From Epithemia pelagica (Eukaryota; Protista; Bacillariophyta), in the NCBI GenBank assembly GCA_946965045.2, contig OX337232.1:3720001-3784000 (forward strand): DNA of 64,000 bases, written 5' to 3'. A program made the translations under genes and the position numbers. Below the pieces are notes generated by a model, which saw only the letters and a list, made by a program, of their open reading frames with translations, was not told the DNA's origin and did not search any database. How positions within the stretch are numbered: the stretch's first letter is position 1; the number at the start of each line of letters is the position of its first letter. Shown here in pieces: positions 10,270-21,719 of the stretch.

Positions 10270-10681
10270 AAACACATGGTAAAGTTGGACTTTGATCGTG
10301 GAAGTTATAACTTGAAGTCAAGTCAGTATGGGCTGAGAGAGAATGAAGTTAAGTTACAAGCACAGGTTCTCCGATTTGACTTCCAAAGTCAAGTTGTGAC
10401 TTTGTTCGTAAGACTTATAAATGAGTAAGTTCGTCTAAGTCAAATTTAGTAGAAATAAGAACTTAGCCCCAACATAAAGTCAAATTGCAAGTGTCGGTGT
10501 TGAGATTATTAGTTAAAAGTCTAATCAGTAAGGTGGTTCTTATGAATTGATTAGTTGAAGTTAAATTGCAGTAAATGTTACTGAGATTACGGTGAAGGAA
10601 GTCAAATTGTACTAGTTTCTCTAATAGACTTCAAGTCTAAAAGTTAAATTATTAAGCCAGTTTTCTAACTTCCACACCCTG
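10270..10681. repeat. hAT right subterminal repeats
   Basis: AAGTCAA(G/A)TT-type motifs at about 10316, 10387, 10437, 10477 and 10599. Confidence 0.6.
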
Positions 10682-11817
10682 ATTCCCACACCGAATCTAT
10701 TCTATGGATTCCAAGATGGAATGATGTTGGGAATATCCATGACAATACCCAAGACAACTGTATCGTGGAAACCATTACTGTTCTGATTGTCTCCAGAAGC
10801 GTACGCCCATTGACAATCTGAAGACTACAACGGCTTACCGACTTCTTATAGAGAGCTTGAACACCTCGTAGGAGCAAGACCGAAGCGGTTTCTACTGACA
10901 ATAGGCTATGCTATCGTCGTTTGGTTACTAGTTTCGGGAGTAACTGGCCCAAGACGAGCCCTAGTTATGGAGTACTGTTTGGAATGCCAGCAGATAGACA
11001 ATTGATAGCGCTTATTGTTTCCTATAGTAGAAGTAGGAGGAGCAGAGTCTCGTGCCCTCTAAAGGTCATTTGTTGGAGTAGACAATGCCGACCATTGCAG
11101 GTTAAGAAAAAGAATGGAGTATTTCTCGACTACTAGGTAGGTCCAGTGTGGTATCTGAAAACGTCATGGCCATCCTTGTCACACGAAACAACGACCAAAC
11201 AACAGCACCCTATCTGTCGTGTGTGAAAGGAACGGTGCCTTCTCTCCCAATAATGCATCTTGAATGTGGTGCTCTTCGATACCATTAATATCATAGAGGA
11301 ACAAGAGGATTGTACCGATCCAGCGGCTGGGTAAAATCATGGAATAGTAGTAGACGAGGAGCCCTGATGGGGTCTGCACAATTCCAAGGACAGCATCCTT
11401 TCACCACAGATTGTTGTAGCAAGCTCTATATATCGATTCAGATGTCGATGAAATTGTAGCCTGCAACAAAACAGTGGTGTACTTGTACAAACCCGAAACG
11501 ACGAGAAACGGCAAACACATGTTCCGGCGCTCTTTCCAGAGAGTTTACACAGACTGCTGTACTCCCAAGATTTGTTGAACCATGACGCACACAAATCGAA
11601 CGGTTCTGGAATGGTCGGTACGGCCTCCTGTCGCAAAAAGTGTGGGCAATATAGAGGCTTGCATCCACCACCCTTCTCGGATCGTTGTGAACTTAAAGAG
11701 AACACTCACACTCACATAGTAGTATCGACCTTATCCGAAACTGTTGGAGTATACCCAGTACGTTTACTACTGGTGGGTTCTTCCCTTTTGGTTGTCTTTT
11801 GGTATGCTGGTGACTAG

Positions 11818-13222
11818 CTACCCGCCGAACAATGGCATGCTCCTCGCCGCAGCACTACTATCGTTCGGATACGTTCCATTTGTTGTGGTCCCTGGCTTTA
11901 TCTTGGACGTGTGTTTGTGGCCTTGTTTCTCCTTGTATCTATGCGCGCCCTTGTTGTTGGCCATGAGGGCTGTCATGTCCTGGTGATAGGCGGGCGATTG
12001 GACATAAGCCAACAAACGACCCCGTTGTTTCTTGAGCCAAAAACACTTGGTCACGACGTGGTGCACATGGGTTGCCACCATGGGACCGGACCAGCCAAAA
12101 CAAATTCCCGCCTTGCCATTGCCTTTCCAATACCCTCCCTAGGGACGCAACTGTCCCTGAAAGGCCGACCAGGCGGAGCATCCTGCAACACGAGGCGGGG
12201 AAAGATGCATTGGTGAATAAAATAGGGCAGTTCGAGACACACATCCAAATGGTCCAGAGTGATTTGGACCATTTGCAGCAGGTGCTGGTAATAGGCGTGG
12301 GTCCAACGGTGCAGGACATAATTTCCGGGTCGAGCGGCCAGAAAAAAGTTGTCCACCATGCGTGCCGCGTGGGCCAGTTGGTTCTCGGGGTGTTGCGACC
12401 CGCCTCGAATATGACACGTTTCGTATTGTTGTAATTGCGAATGATTCAGGAGACTGGCCCCAAAATAGTAGGGAATGGTATCAAAGCCACTGCCACCACC
12501 CACCAGTTTGCCCAGGTAGTCTTCGAGGGGCCGCATGGGACAAATGGAGGTATCGGTATAGACTCCCCCGTACAAGGTCAAGAGTTCGGTCCGAAGCAGG
12601 TTGCCCAGTTTGACGGGGCAAATTCGGGTATCATGGGTCAGCCGTTTCCCACGGTCGTTAATTTGGGGAATGCGGGCCAAGTGCGCAAATTTGGGTGCCA
12701 CTTGCATGGCTTGGGTCCGATTGAGAATGCGAATCTCCCACGTGGGATGCAAGATTTGCCAGGCCTTGACGCAAGCATGGTCGGCCTGATACTTGTTGCG
12801 TGTCGAATTGGGACTGCCAATTTGTTCCAAATGATGGATCCCTTGATCCCAATACATCCAAAGGATCTTTGGGATACCATGAAGTGTCGTATTTGTCGTT
12901 GTAGTACGTGGAGGAGGTTGAATCGATGCGATGGACTGCGGTAGACTCGCTGCAGGAGACGACTGGTTAGTGTCGTGAGAGGACCTGTTGGTTTGGTGGT
13001 TGATGCTTTCCCCATTGTCGAGTAAAAGACTGGAGAGAATCATGGCTTAATCATGGCTTGTTCCTTGGCCAAAGAAGCAGAAGAGGTTTGTTGTTGGTTC
13101 CAAAAGTCTTGTTGCAGATGGACGATACCTTTGACTCCAAAGGCGACAAGTTATAGGGAACCAGCTATTCGGAGCCATGTCTTCGTTTTGTTCGTCGTCG
13201 TCGTTGTCTTGTTGTGGTTCAT
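11818..13222 (-). pseudogene. GT32-type glycosyltransferase paralog 2, pseudogene
   Basis: Colinear with paralog 1 (IPKILWMYWDQG, GGVYTDTS, CFWLKKQRGRLL). It has an in-frame TAA in the N-terminal TM region, an 11-bp tandem duplication (AAGCCATGATT x2, about 13038-13059) causing a frameshift, and a second frameshift near 12140-12190. Confidence 0.8.
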
Positions 13223-13525
13223 GGAAAAGAGGCTGTAGTGGCAATGGCCTGTGGTGTTTTTGTTCCATGCGAGTGCCAATGGTTTTTTGTTTGAATGGGT
13301 TTTACGTCGGTATCCGCGACTGCCTCCCCCCAGGTCATGGTCATCTCGTTGGTGTTTTTGTCGAAACGAGAAAACTGGCTGGTCGTTTTCTTCGGCGTTC
13401 CATCACTCTCCCTATGGTCTTTCTTGGATCTAAAAAGTTTGACCACCATGGCCTAGAAATGTCATGTGTCATCTAAAGAGGGGACCGTAATTTGAGCTTG
13501 TGGTGCATCCAATGTCGAAGCAATC

Positions 13526-14857
13526 ATGCCTTCCTCCTCCTTACCCATGCGCGGCTGCTTGGTCCTTGGAACCAACCAGACGATGAAATGGGTGCGGATA
13601 TCATTGTTCCTCTCCATTCTTTTCCTTTTATGGTGGCATGTACGACAGTTACAACTAGTCGTTCATCAGCAGCAACAACCATTTTGGAACCAACCACAAG
13701 CCGAATCGTCTTCTTCTTTTTGGACCAGCAAGGAACGAGACTTTGAAATCGTCCCAAGCGCCGACACTGATCAACAAAAAGAAGACCTGTTCACTCCCGA
13801 GACCACCATTAAGTCTCCTCCTCCTGCCGCTAGTTGGAGTCCACCACAGTCAATGTCATCGATTCACTCTCCACCCCTAAGTACTACGACAACCACGACC
13901 ATTCATGGTATCCCCAAAATCATTCGGATGTATTGGGATCAAGGACTCGACATTGCTGGTCTCAATTCCAAACCCAACAACAAGCACCAGGCCGACCATG
14001 CCTGTGTCACGGCCTGGCAATTCTTGCATCCCACGTGGGACATTCACATTGTCAATCGCACACTAGCCAAGAAACTGGCTCCCAAGTTGGCCCGGTTGCA
14101 AAGCATTCGGAAACCACAACCAAGGTCGTCCCGGATGGAGAAGGAGGAGAAGCACCGCATTTGCCCCGTCAAATTGGGCAACCTGCTGCGCACTGAACTC
14201 TTGGCCTTGTATGGTGGGGTCTACACGGATACCTCCATTTGTCCCATGCGGCCCTTGGAAGACTACCTGGGCAAATTGGTGGGGGACGGAGGCTTTTATC
14301 TTCCACCGCACTTTGACCTGGCCGGCAATATGAGTCGTTCGCAATTGCTGCAACACCACTACGAAATGTGTCCTGTGCGGGGACCCTCGGTCCAGGCGAA
14401 CCGACAATTGGCGGATCGGGCTCGCATGATGGACAATTTTTTTCTCGTGGCTCGACCACGACATTATATCATCCAACAATGGATGGACGCGTACTACAAG
14501 CGACTCCGAGACACGTTGCGAACGACTCGGGACACGACCAATGTCTGCCACACGTTGCCGTATTACATTCATCAATGCACCTTTACCCTTCAAGTGTTGC
14601 ACGATCCTCAGTTTGAACGAGCCTGGACGGCGTATCGGAACCGGATCCGACCCCACAATGGATATTGGCAACATGAAGATACAGAAGGAATTTGTTATGG
14701 AGGCAACCGCCATGGCACGGTGGCCCACAATTTGACGTATGTCTGGAACCAGTGTGTGTGGGTCAAGAAACAAAAGGGTCGCTTGTTGGACAATGTCACA
14801 TCTCCCGCCTATCACCACGACATTCTCACCCGGGTCCAACGAGGAGTTGCCCAATGA
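13526..14857 (+). CDS. GT32-type glycosyltransferase paralog 3 (443 aa, intact), head-to-head with paralog 2
   Basis: TM segment (ISLFLSILFLLWW), IPKIIRMYWDQG, LLRTELLALYGGVYTDTS, NFFLVARP and PYYIHQC. Confidence 0.85.
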   Translation: MPSSSLPMRGCLVLGTNQTMKWVRISLFLSILFLLWWHVRQLQLVVHQQQQPFWNQPQAESSSSFWTSKERDFEIVPSADTDQQKEDLFTPETTIKSPPPAASWSPPQSMSSIHSPPLSTTTTTTIHGIPKIIRMYWDQGLDIAGLNSKPNNKHQADHACVTAWQFLHPTWDIHIVNRTLAKKLAPKLARLQSIRKPQPRSSRMEKEEKHRICPVKLGNLLRTELLALYGGVYTDTSICPMRPLEDYLGKLVGDGGFYLPPHFDLAGNMSRSQLLQHHYEMCPVRGPSVQANRQLADRARMMDNFFLVARPRHYIIQQWMDAYYKRLRDTLRTTRDTTNVCHTLPYYIHQCTFTLQVLHDPQFERAWTAYRNRIRPHNGYWQHEDTEGICYGGNRHGTVAHNLTYVWNQCVWVKKQKGRLLDNVTSPAYHHDILTRVQRGVAQ

Positions 14858-15945
14858 TTTCTTTTCCAGCAGAAACACGGTGACAAACGCAGGGACAGTG
14901 CCATTGCTCTCTAGAATGAGATCACGTCGTGAAATGCCCAATTACTATATCCAACAGTGTACCTTTAGACGTCAGGTATTGCAAACTGCCGATTGTGGCG
15001 CGCAAGGTTGGACGGACTGTTGCCATTGGCACGGTGGCCCCAACAATCAACGGATTGTGGGGTCCAAACTGCCAAACGGTCCGAAACTTGTGTTTGCGGG
15101 GACAAACACGGCACAGCACATACCCGATAGGTTCACTGGCCGGCAACAAGTGTGTGTGTGGGTGGGTTCAAAATAAACGGGTTAGAAAGTGTGTGTCGGG
15201 CGTCGTGTGTGTTTCGATACAACCCCATGACCGCGCTCGTTTCCGATTGGCATATGTTGGTATCGACATGGAGAATGGAGATGGAACACACTGTGGTACA
15301 AAGGGACTACCTATAGCAGGTTCTAGTAGAGACCTTTCACGTACAGCTATTATATCTCTTTGCAAAAGAGAGTGAATGGTCCAACAAAAGGGACACAAGA
15401 ATACCTTGGTCTTGTCCAAATCCTTCCATGTTTGGGAACAAGAGCACAACACTCTTTGTGACAGACATACATCACTTGAGGTAGATGTATAGGATGGACG
15501 AGTCATGGTCACACAAAATTGTCCTTGTCGTCTTCAGCTGGATCATGAATGCTCACGAGAAAGATATAAGATAGTCAAGAGAACACAATGGTTCAGATTA
15601 GGACATGCATAATGCTCCCGGCAATCCGTCGATCCCATAGCAATATAGCCGGTGAACTCCATTCCTCCACACCGCCGTTTCTTCCTCCTCCTCCTCCCAA
15701 CCGCGTCTACTCGTAATCCTACAGGTATAAGCGTGGTACGACTTTTGCGTTTTTCTCATCTACCTGGGATTTTAAACTGTATGAAGCGCCAATCAAACGT
15801 CACCGTGTTCCGCCTCAACATGATGGACACACTGTGTCGTGCCGATTCCTCACCCCAAGCTACCCAGGAGTAGTTGTCCTGTATGCCGAATGAGACTGTC
15901 ATGTTGGCTCCTCCCCAAATAGAGTGCCTCTTGTCGGAATCATTA

Positions 15946-18892
15946 CTACGCTTCTAGCTTTCCAATCGTTTCATTGAATTCCCATTCGGGATCGACCGCC
16001 ATGGCCCAATTGAACTTGTCTCGCAACGTCTTGGAAAAAATCTTTTCGATTGGCACATTGTTGCGCTTGCACCAGGCCACCGAAATACGTGGATCCATGT
16101 AGTTAATCTTGGATGTCCCCAAGGAGACTTCCTTGTTGTCATCTCGTTGCTTCAAATCCAATTCCATTTTGGCAATCTTGGCCTCCCACGCTACGATCCG
16201 CTTTCGAACTTGATCCTTGGTGGGAACCTTTTCCCACAAGTGTGCCTTGGCAAACTTTCTACTGGTCAAATCCCGGCGCATTTGTTTTGCTTCTTCGTCG
16301 GCCTTGGAGGCGGCAATCTTTTGCGCATTGGTTTGGGCATTGTCTTTTAGTTTCTTTGCCTTGGCCAGTGCCGCCTTGACTTCATCGTCCATGGCTTGAC
16401 TGGATTTGCGCAGGGGTATTTTGGACGTTTCCTTGGCGACAATGTGCCGTCCAATGGCCTTGAGTTCCTTGCGTTGTTTCTTGAGGGTGGCAATTTTGGC
16501 TCCAATCGATTCCAATTGCGTTTCTTGTGCCTTGCTCACGGTCCGTTGATGGTTGCACAAGATTGCCACTTGACGATTGGCATTGTTGTACTCCACCACC
16601 TTTTCGGCTGGTGTCAAATTGTCCCACAGCGGGGAGGCTTCGTGTTTGCGGAGTTCTTCTTGCAAGGTTTTGGAGGCATTGTAGGTACGAAAGACCTTGG
16701 CCGTCAAACCATCCATGAACGTTTTCAAATGAGCATTCAACAAGGTCGGATTAATGGCATCAAAGACTTCGTCCGTCTTTTTCTTCTTTTTGCAAAAGGC
16801 CTTGAGATTCTCAAAGACTTGATTGCCCATTCCGCCATCGTTCGTGTCATTGTAGAGTGGCGCCCCGAAATCAATGGTTTGTTTGAACAACATGGAATCC
16901 TTACCCAAAAACTCCAATTCAATTTCTCGATTGTCTCCTCCTTGCGCATTGGGATCAAAGGTCAAATGTTCCAATCGGAGGGAACAACATCCCACGGTAT
17001 CGGCTTCCTCGTCAGTATCCTTTTCTCCACCCACACGCAAGGCCAATCGATCAATGACCCAGGTCGCCGTGGCCAATTGTTTGGTTTCCTTATCTTTGGA
17101 TTTCAAATCCTTCTTGTACGATTTGCGAATCTTGCTAATGTATTTGCACAAGAGGGCGGCCTTGGAATATTTGGACCGATCCGATTTGCCCTTGAAGGAG
17201 GATTGGGCCGCCAATTGCATGTATTTGGATTGACCATTGATATTTTCTTTCCACGTCGCCAACCATTGTCCCCGGGGGTCGTGTCGGACATCGCCCCAGG
17301 CATGTCCGGGCACGGGACACTGGGGAACGGCGGCGCATTCCGACAAGTTGATGGACACTTGTTCCGGCCAGACGCGCGATTTGAGTTTGCCCATTTTGGG
17401 ATGTTCGCCACGACCACGAAAGGCGCCCGGGGGTTCCATATTGTAATTTCCTAGACAATGGAAACGGGTAAGAGGAGGAATGAGATGAAACAGACGGTGA
17501 CCACACTGGATGCGCAACAGTCCTGACATGACAACGTACCAACTCGTTCAATGTGGCCGTCCACAATGGCAAAGCCGAATTGATGAAGAACTTGATTGCG
17601 ATCTTCCCTAATAACAATAATAGTAACAAGAGGCGCGAAATGCCGTGAGAAACAAGCACAGACACTCCGAATGCTGTGGTCGAATAACACGAGACACGTA
17701 CTTGTTGGCTTTTTTCTGTTCATCGGAAATGGCCTTTTTGATCACCTTTTGTTCATTTAAATGTCGTCGAATGGGTTCAAAGTCACACTTGTCAAAGTCC
17801 TTGAGCAGCTTCTTTTGGGCCGGCGTCAAGAGGGCGCGAAAATCGGCCCAAAAGTTTTGTATAAAGATCTTGGCCGTTTTGGGATTGCCCAAATGCATGC
17901 CCTCGGGATCCATGGCGGCAAAAAAGGTGGCTGCTTCTTCTTGATCGGCCGTCAAATCCGTCACGGCCTTGCCATTGTACCGCAACGGCACGCCGTGCGG
18001 AACATAGTCTTCGGCAAACGACACACCGGCGTGTTCCATAGTAGCTGTCGTCGTATAGTATTAGTAATCATGCACAAATCAAAATCATACGAAACAAATG
18101 AGAAGAACAAGAGGAAACCAAAGGTGCAATGAGAATCGTCTGGCCAATGCACCAGCAACAACAACAGTCCTGTCTCTGTATATAGAATACAAAGGAATCA
18201 TACGTACACCAATTGACTCCTTCCGCCAACACGGGTGCTTCCCACCACAAAAAGGCTTGCATGGCATATTGCAAGCGTTCCGTCTTGTCCAATTTTTTCA
18301 ATTCACGAGCCGTGGTGGTGGTGGTCGTCTTTTTCGTTCGGGCCGTGGTGGTGGAAGAGGATGTCACGGCATCGGGTTCTTTGTCGTCGTCGTGTTTGAC
18401 TTTGCGTTTTTTCGTCTTGCTCGACGTGGTCACGTCCGGTTTGGCACGGCGTTCGGAAGACGACGATTGGACCGCTTCAGGTTTGCTGCGATGACTTGTA
18501 CTCTTGACTGGACTGGGAACTACATCCTCATCGTCATCGTCGTCTTGCAACCGTTTCTTCTTCTTCTCCTTTGGTCTGTGTTTGGAAGCGACTTGGGCCA
18601 AGGGCATGTCATCTTCTTCGTCGTCGTCATCACTGTCGTCATCATCTTGGTTGTAATTCACTGCCGGTCGTTTGCGAGAACGAGGCTTTGGCGTTTCTTC
18701 TTCTTCTTCCTCGTCGTTATAGTCCATGTCTTCGTCGTCATCATCATCATCCTGATCCGGTGCTTCTTCTTCTTCTTCTTCTTCGTCGTCGCCGCCATTG
18801 TCCTCATCCTCATCTGGATCCGACGCCGCAGCATCTTCTTCTTCTTCTTCGCCCAATTCAAATTCTTCTTCTTCTTCACTGTCGTCCGACAT
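15946..18892 (-). CDS. TOP1: DNA topoisomerase IB, copy A; exons 18892-18208, 18044-17702, 17607-17540, 17450-15946 (2601 nt)
   Basis: Acidic/basic N-terminus, then [49 protein letters not shown] and the catalytic [14 protein letters not shown]. Three GT-AG introns (163, 94 and 89 bp) restore the frame. Confidence 0.97.
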
Positions 18893-19572
18893 GGTTCAAT
18901 CAATTGTGATGCGGATCGTACGAGACACTGCCACACACACAACTCTCTCACCACACTAGAGACTTTTACAGCCACAGATACAAAATACGACGGAGACGAG
19001 AGAAGAACGCGGCGCTCCGCAATCACACCATGGTTGTGGAACGACCTCCCACAACCGGCGCGCCCGCCCAGGCACCAGTCGCGGTTCGAAAGGGAGACCC
19101 GCGCGACTCGAACGTCTGTCTGTTTACCCGGAAACCGACGATAGCTATATAGCATAGTGTACTAGGTAGAGTCGCGCTTCGAATCTCCATTATCGCTCTA
19201 GTTCATAGTCAACGGGAAAAGGAACCACGAGGCGATTCCCTCATCCAAACCAATGGATAGAATAGATATAGAGAGAGCGATAGTTTGGAACCAACGATGC
19301 CACAATGAACCATCAAAAGGTGATCCACCAAACACACCATGAGCCAGTGAGTGGTTCCTGTGCCTTCTCTCGTACTCGTACGACCGATTCAAAGTAGGTA
19401 GAGGAGGCCGGAACCAAGATTGATATCAAAAGAACACATGTTTCAATCCTATTCTACCGATCCTTCACTTTTCGAGTTCTACGTTCACCATGGATGGAGC
19501 AACGTCCGTTGCGCCGACAACACCAGCGTCACATTACCATGTCTCACTGAGCTTGCCTTGAGCACAAAGAAT

Positions 19573-21513
19573 CTAGGTCATATTCTTCGTGATACTAAGA
19601 GTAGTCGGATGGCCGTCACCAAGTACGCGCCGACTTGACGACAAAGCCTCACGAAACAGGGGTTCTGCCTCACTGAGTTTGCCTTGATCCTTAAGCAATG
19701 AGGCCAAATTGTTGATGAAAGTAAGTGTATCAGGATGGTCATCCCCAAGTATGCGCCGACTTGACGACAAAGCCTGACGATAGAGCGGCTCTGCTTCACC
19801 CAATTTGCCTTGATCCTCAAGCAATGAGGCCATATTGTTGATGAAAGTAAGTGTATCAGGATGGTCATCCCCAAGTATGCGCCGACTTGACGACAAAGCC
19901 TCGCGAAACAGGGGTTCTGCTTCACCCAATTTGGCTTGACCTTTAAACAATAAGGCCATATTGTTGATGGAAATAAGTGTAGCAGGATGGTCCTCCCCAA
20001 GTATGCGCCGACGTGACGACAAAGCCTCACGAAACAGGGGTTCTGCTTCACCCAATTTGCCTTGACCCTCAAGCAATACGGCCATATTGCTAATGGAAGC
20101 AAGTGTATCACGATGGTCCTCCCCAAGTATGCGCCGACGTGACGACAAAGCCTCACGAAACAGGGGTTCTGCGTCACCCAATTTGCCTTGACTTTTAAGC
20201 AAGAAGGCCATATTGTTGATGGAAAGAAGTGTAGCAGGATGGTCATCCCCAAGTATGCGCCGACGTAACGACAATGTCTTACGGAAAAGAGGCTCTGCTT
20301 TACCCAATTTGCCTTGATCTTGAAGAAATACGGCCATATTGTTGATGGAAACAAGAGTATCTTGTCTTGTCATATCTTTAGAGAGGGCTTTCGCCCCGAA
20401 AGCTATCGCCTCCTTGCAGTAACAGTTTCGCACCCATTTCGTTACTTCGCAGCTTATTGTATAATGACCAATAGTCTCCATTTTTTTCAAGATTAATGCA
20501 CGTGCAACATTGTCGTATGATTTTGCTTCTGTTGTCTTGATTTTGGTCTTGATGGTTCCAAGGGCTTCCTGGACTTTACCATCGCCCACTTGGACAGCGT
20601 CAATGAAACCCTTCAACTCGGCTTGGCTCATTAATATTTGTGCACTGGCCTTGACTATAACGGCATTGAATACCTCCCATAGAACCCAAATTTGGTCCAA
20701 TGTATAAAGGACTTGATCCCATTTTTCCAAAACCAACGCAATTTTCTTGATGCTTTGGATTTGTTCTGGTAATCGGTCGATCAAGTCTTTGCGTAGTTGC
20801 GTGACAGCTTCAGACTTGCTTTGTCCAGTCCATGCAAATTGATCCACGCAAAAGACGTCCATCCATATGTATTCGCCTCGGACTTGCTCTAAAACTTGGA
20901 TGAACTTGGAGAACGAATACCGGCCGGTATAGGACAAGAACAAGGTGGGTAACTCTTGTGTGATCGAACCACGACCACGAAAGGATGCTTTGGCTGCATG
21001 ATCCAAAGATTCATGGAGTACTTCGACATGTTTAATAAGTGGGCCTGACCATATATCAAGTCGAGCTTGAAGCAGTTGAATGACACAGACCTCACGCACG
21101 AAAAACAATTCACAATCGGCCTTCAATAGCGTTGCAATAAACGGAATTTGACAAAAGACGTCCAAGATCCAATCCACGGATATGCCTGCTTTGGAAATCA
21201 ACGAAGAAGACGCTTCCGCCGTCGACAAATCCTTCTGTTGCAACATTTGAATAATTTCGGAGGTGGTGCGGCTGTTGCCAGTAGCATAAGTGCGTTCTTT
21301 CCAGCAAGATTCTTCATATAGTTCAACGGCAAAAGACACCCGTTGGTCGAGTGTCGATTCCGTACCCACTTTCTTCAACCATTTTCCAAACTTTAATTTG
21401 CGCGCACATTTGGCAAAAACAAAATCCTTAATTTTCGTACCCACTTTCTTCAACCATTCTCCAAACTTCGATTGGAGAGCAGTTTTGGCAACCTTCTTGT
21501 TGTTGTTCATCAT
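19573..21513 (-). CDS. TIR/HET-like N-terminal domain plus 6 x 42-aa TPR (kinesin-light-chain/TPR_12-type) repeats, copy A
   Basis: LFLSYTG...YIWMDVFCVDQ...LVLEKW...IWVLWEV motif series, followed by six HPxTLxxINNMAxLLxxQGKLGEAEPLFREAL units. Confidence 0.8.
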   Translation of the reverse strand: MMNNNKKVAKTALQSKFGEWLKKVGTKIKDFVFAKCARKLKFGKWLKKVGTESTLDQRVSFAVELYEESCWKERTYATGNSRTTSEIIQMLQQKDLSTAEASSSLISKAGISVDWILDVFCQIPFIATLLKADCELFFVREVCVIQLLQARLDIWSGPLIKHVEVLHESLDHAAKASFRGRGSITQELPTLFLSYTGRYSFSKFIQVLEQVRGEYIWMDVFCVDQFAWTGQSKSEAVTQLRKDLIDRLPEQIQSIKKIALVLEKWDQVLYTLDQIWVLWEVFNAVIVKASAQILMSQAELKGFIDAVQVGDGKVQEALGTIKTKIKTTEAKSYDNVARALILKKMETIGHYTISCEVTKWVRNCYCKEAIAFGAKALSKDMTRQDTLVSINNMAVFLQDQGKLGKAEPLFRKTLSLRRRILGDDHPATLLSINNMAFLLKSQGKLGDAEPLFREALSSRRRILGEDHRDTLASISNMAVLLEGQGKLGEAEPLFREALSSRRRILGEDHPATLISINNMALLFKGQAKLGEAEPLFREALSSSRRILGDDHPDTLTFINNMASLLEDQGKLGEAEPLYRQALSSSRRILGDDHPDTLTFINNLASLLKDQGKLSEAEPLFREALSSSRRVLGDGHPTTLSITKNMT

Positions 21514-21719
21514 TCCGCAATATCAAGAGAGGAATAGGGTTGTTGTTGCAATGAATCGATTTGGATTGTTATGTGTTCATTTTTTGTTCATTCGCCATGG
21601 ATCCTACATTTTGCCAGTCGCGCTGGTAACGCGCGTTCCGAAGCTCTGCAGCTCTTGTCGTTCTATTCCTACATTTCGATTTCAGCCGTTGGGGTTTAGA
21701 GTTTTGGATTCCGCAGCAT

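Larger units (their letters stand above)
3931..10681 (+). mobile_element. Complete autonomous hAT DNA transposon (6751 bp) with a cargo gene
   Basis: TIRs CAGGGTGTGGAAGT (3931) and ACTTCCACACCCTG (ending 10681). A perfect 8-bp TSD, ATTCCCAC, sits at 3923-3930 and 10682-10689. AT-rich subtermini carry repeated AAGTCAA(G/A)TT motifs. Encodes a transposase. Confidence 0.95.

Noticed and set aside
18098-19155. 348-aa Phe/Val-rich antisense ORF over TOP1 exon 1 (also 34499-35539)
   Set aside because: It is the antisense reading of GAA/GAC-rich acidic low-complexity codons.
19198-19638. Small ORFs conserved in both duplicate copies (19198-19392 / 35592-35786; 19420-19638 / 35814-36032)
   Set aside because: Conservation is explained by the duplication itself. 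The starts are non-ATG and there are no motifs.
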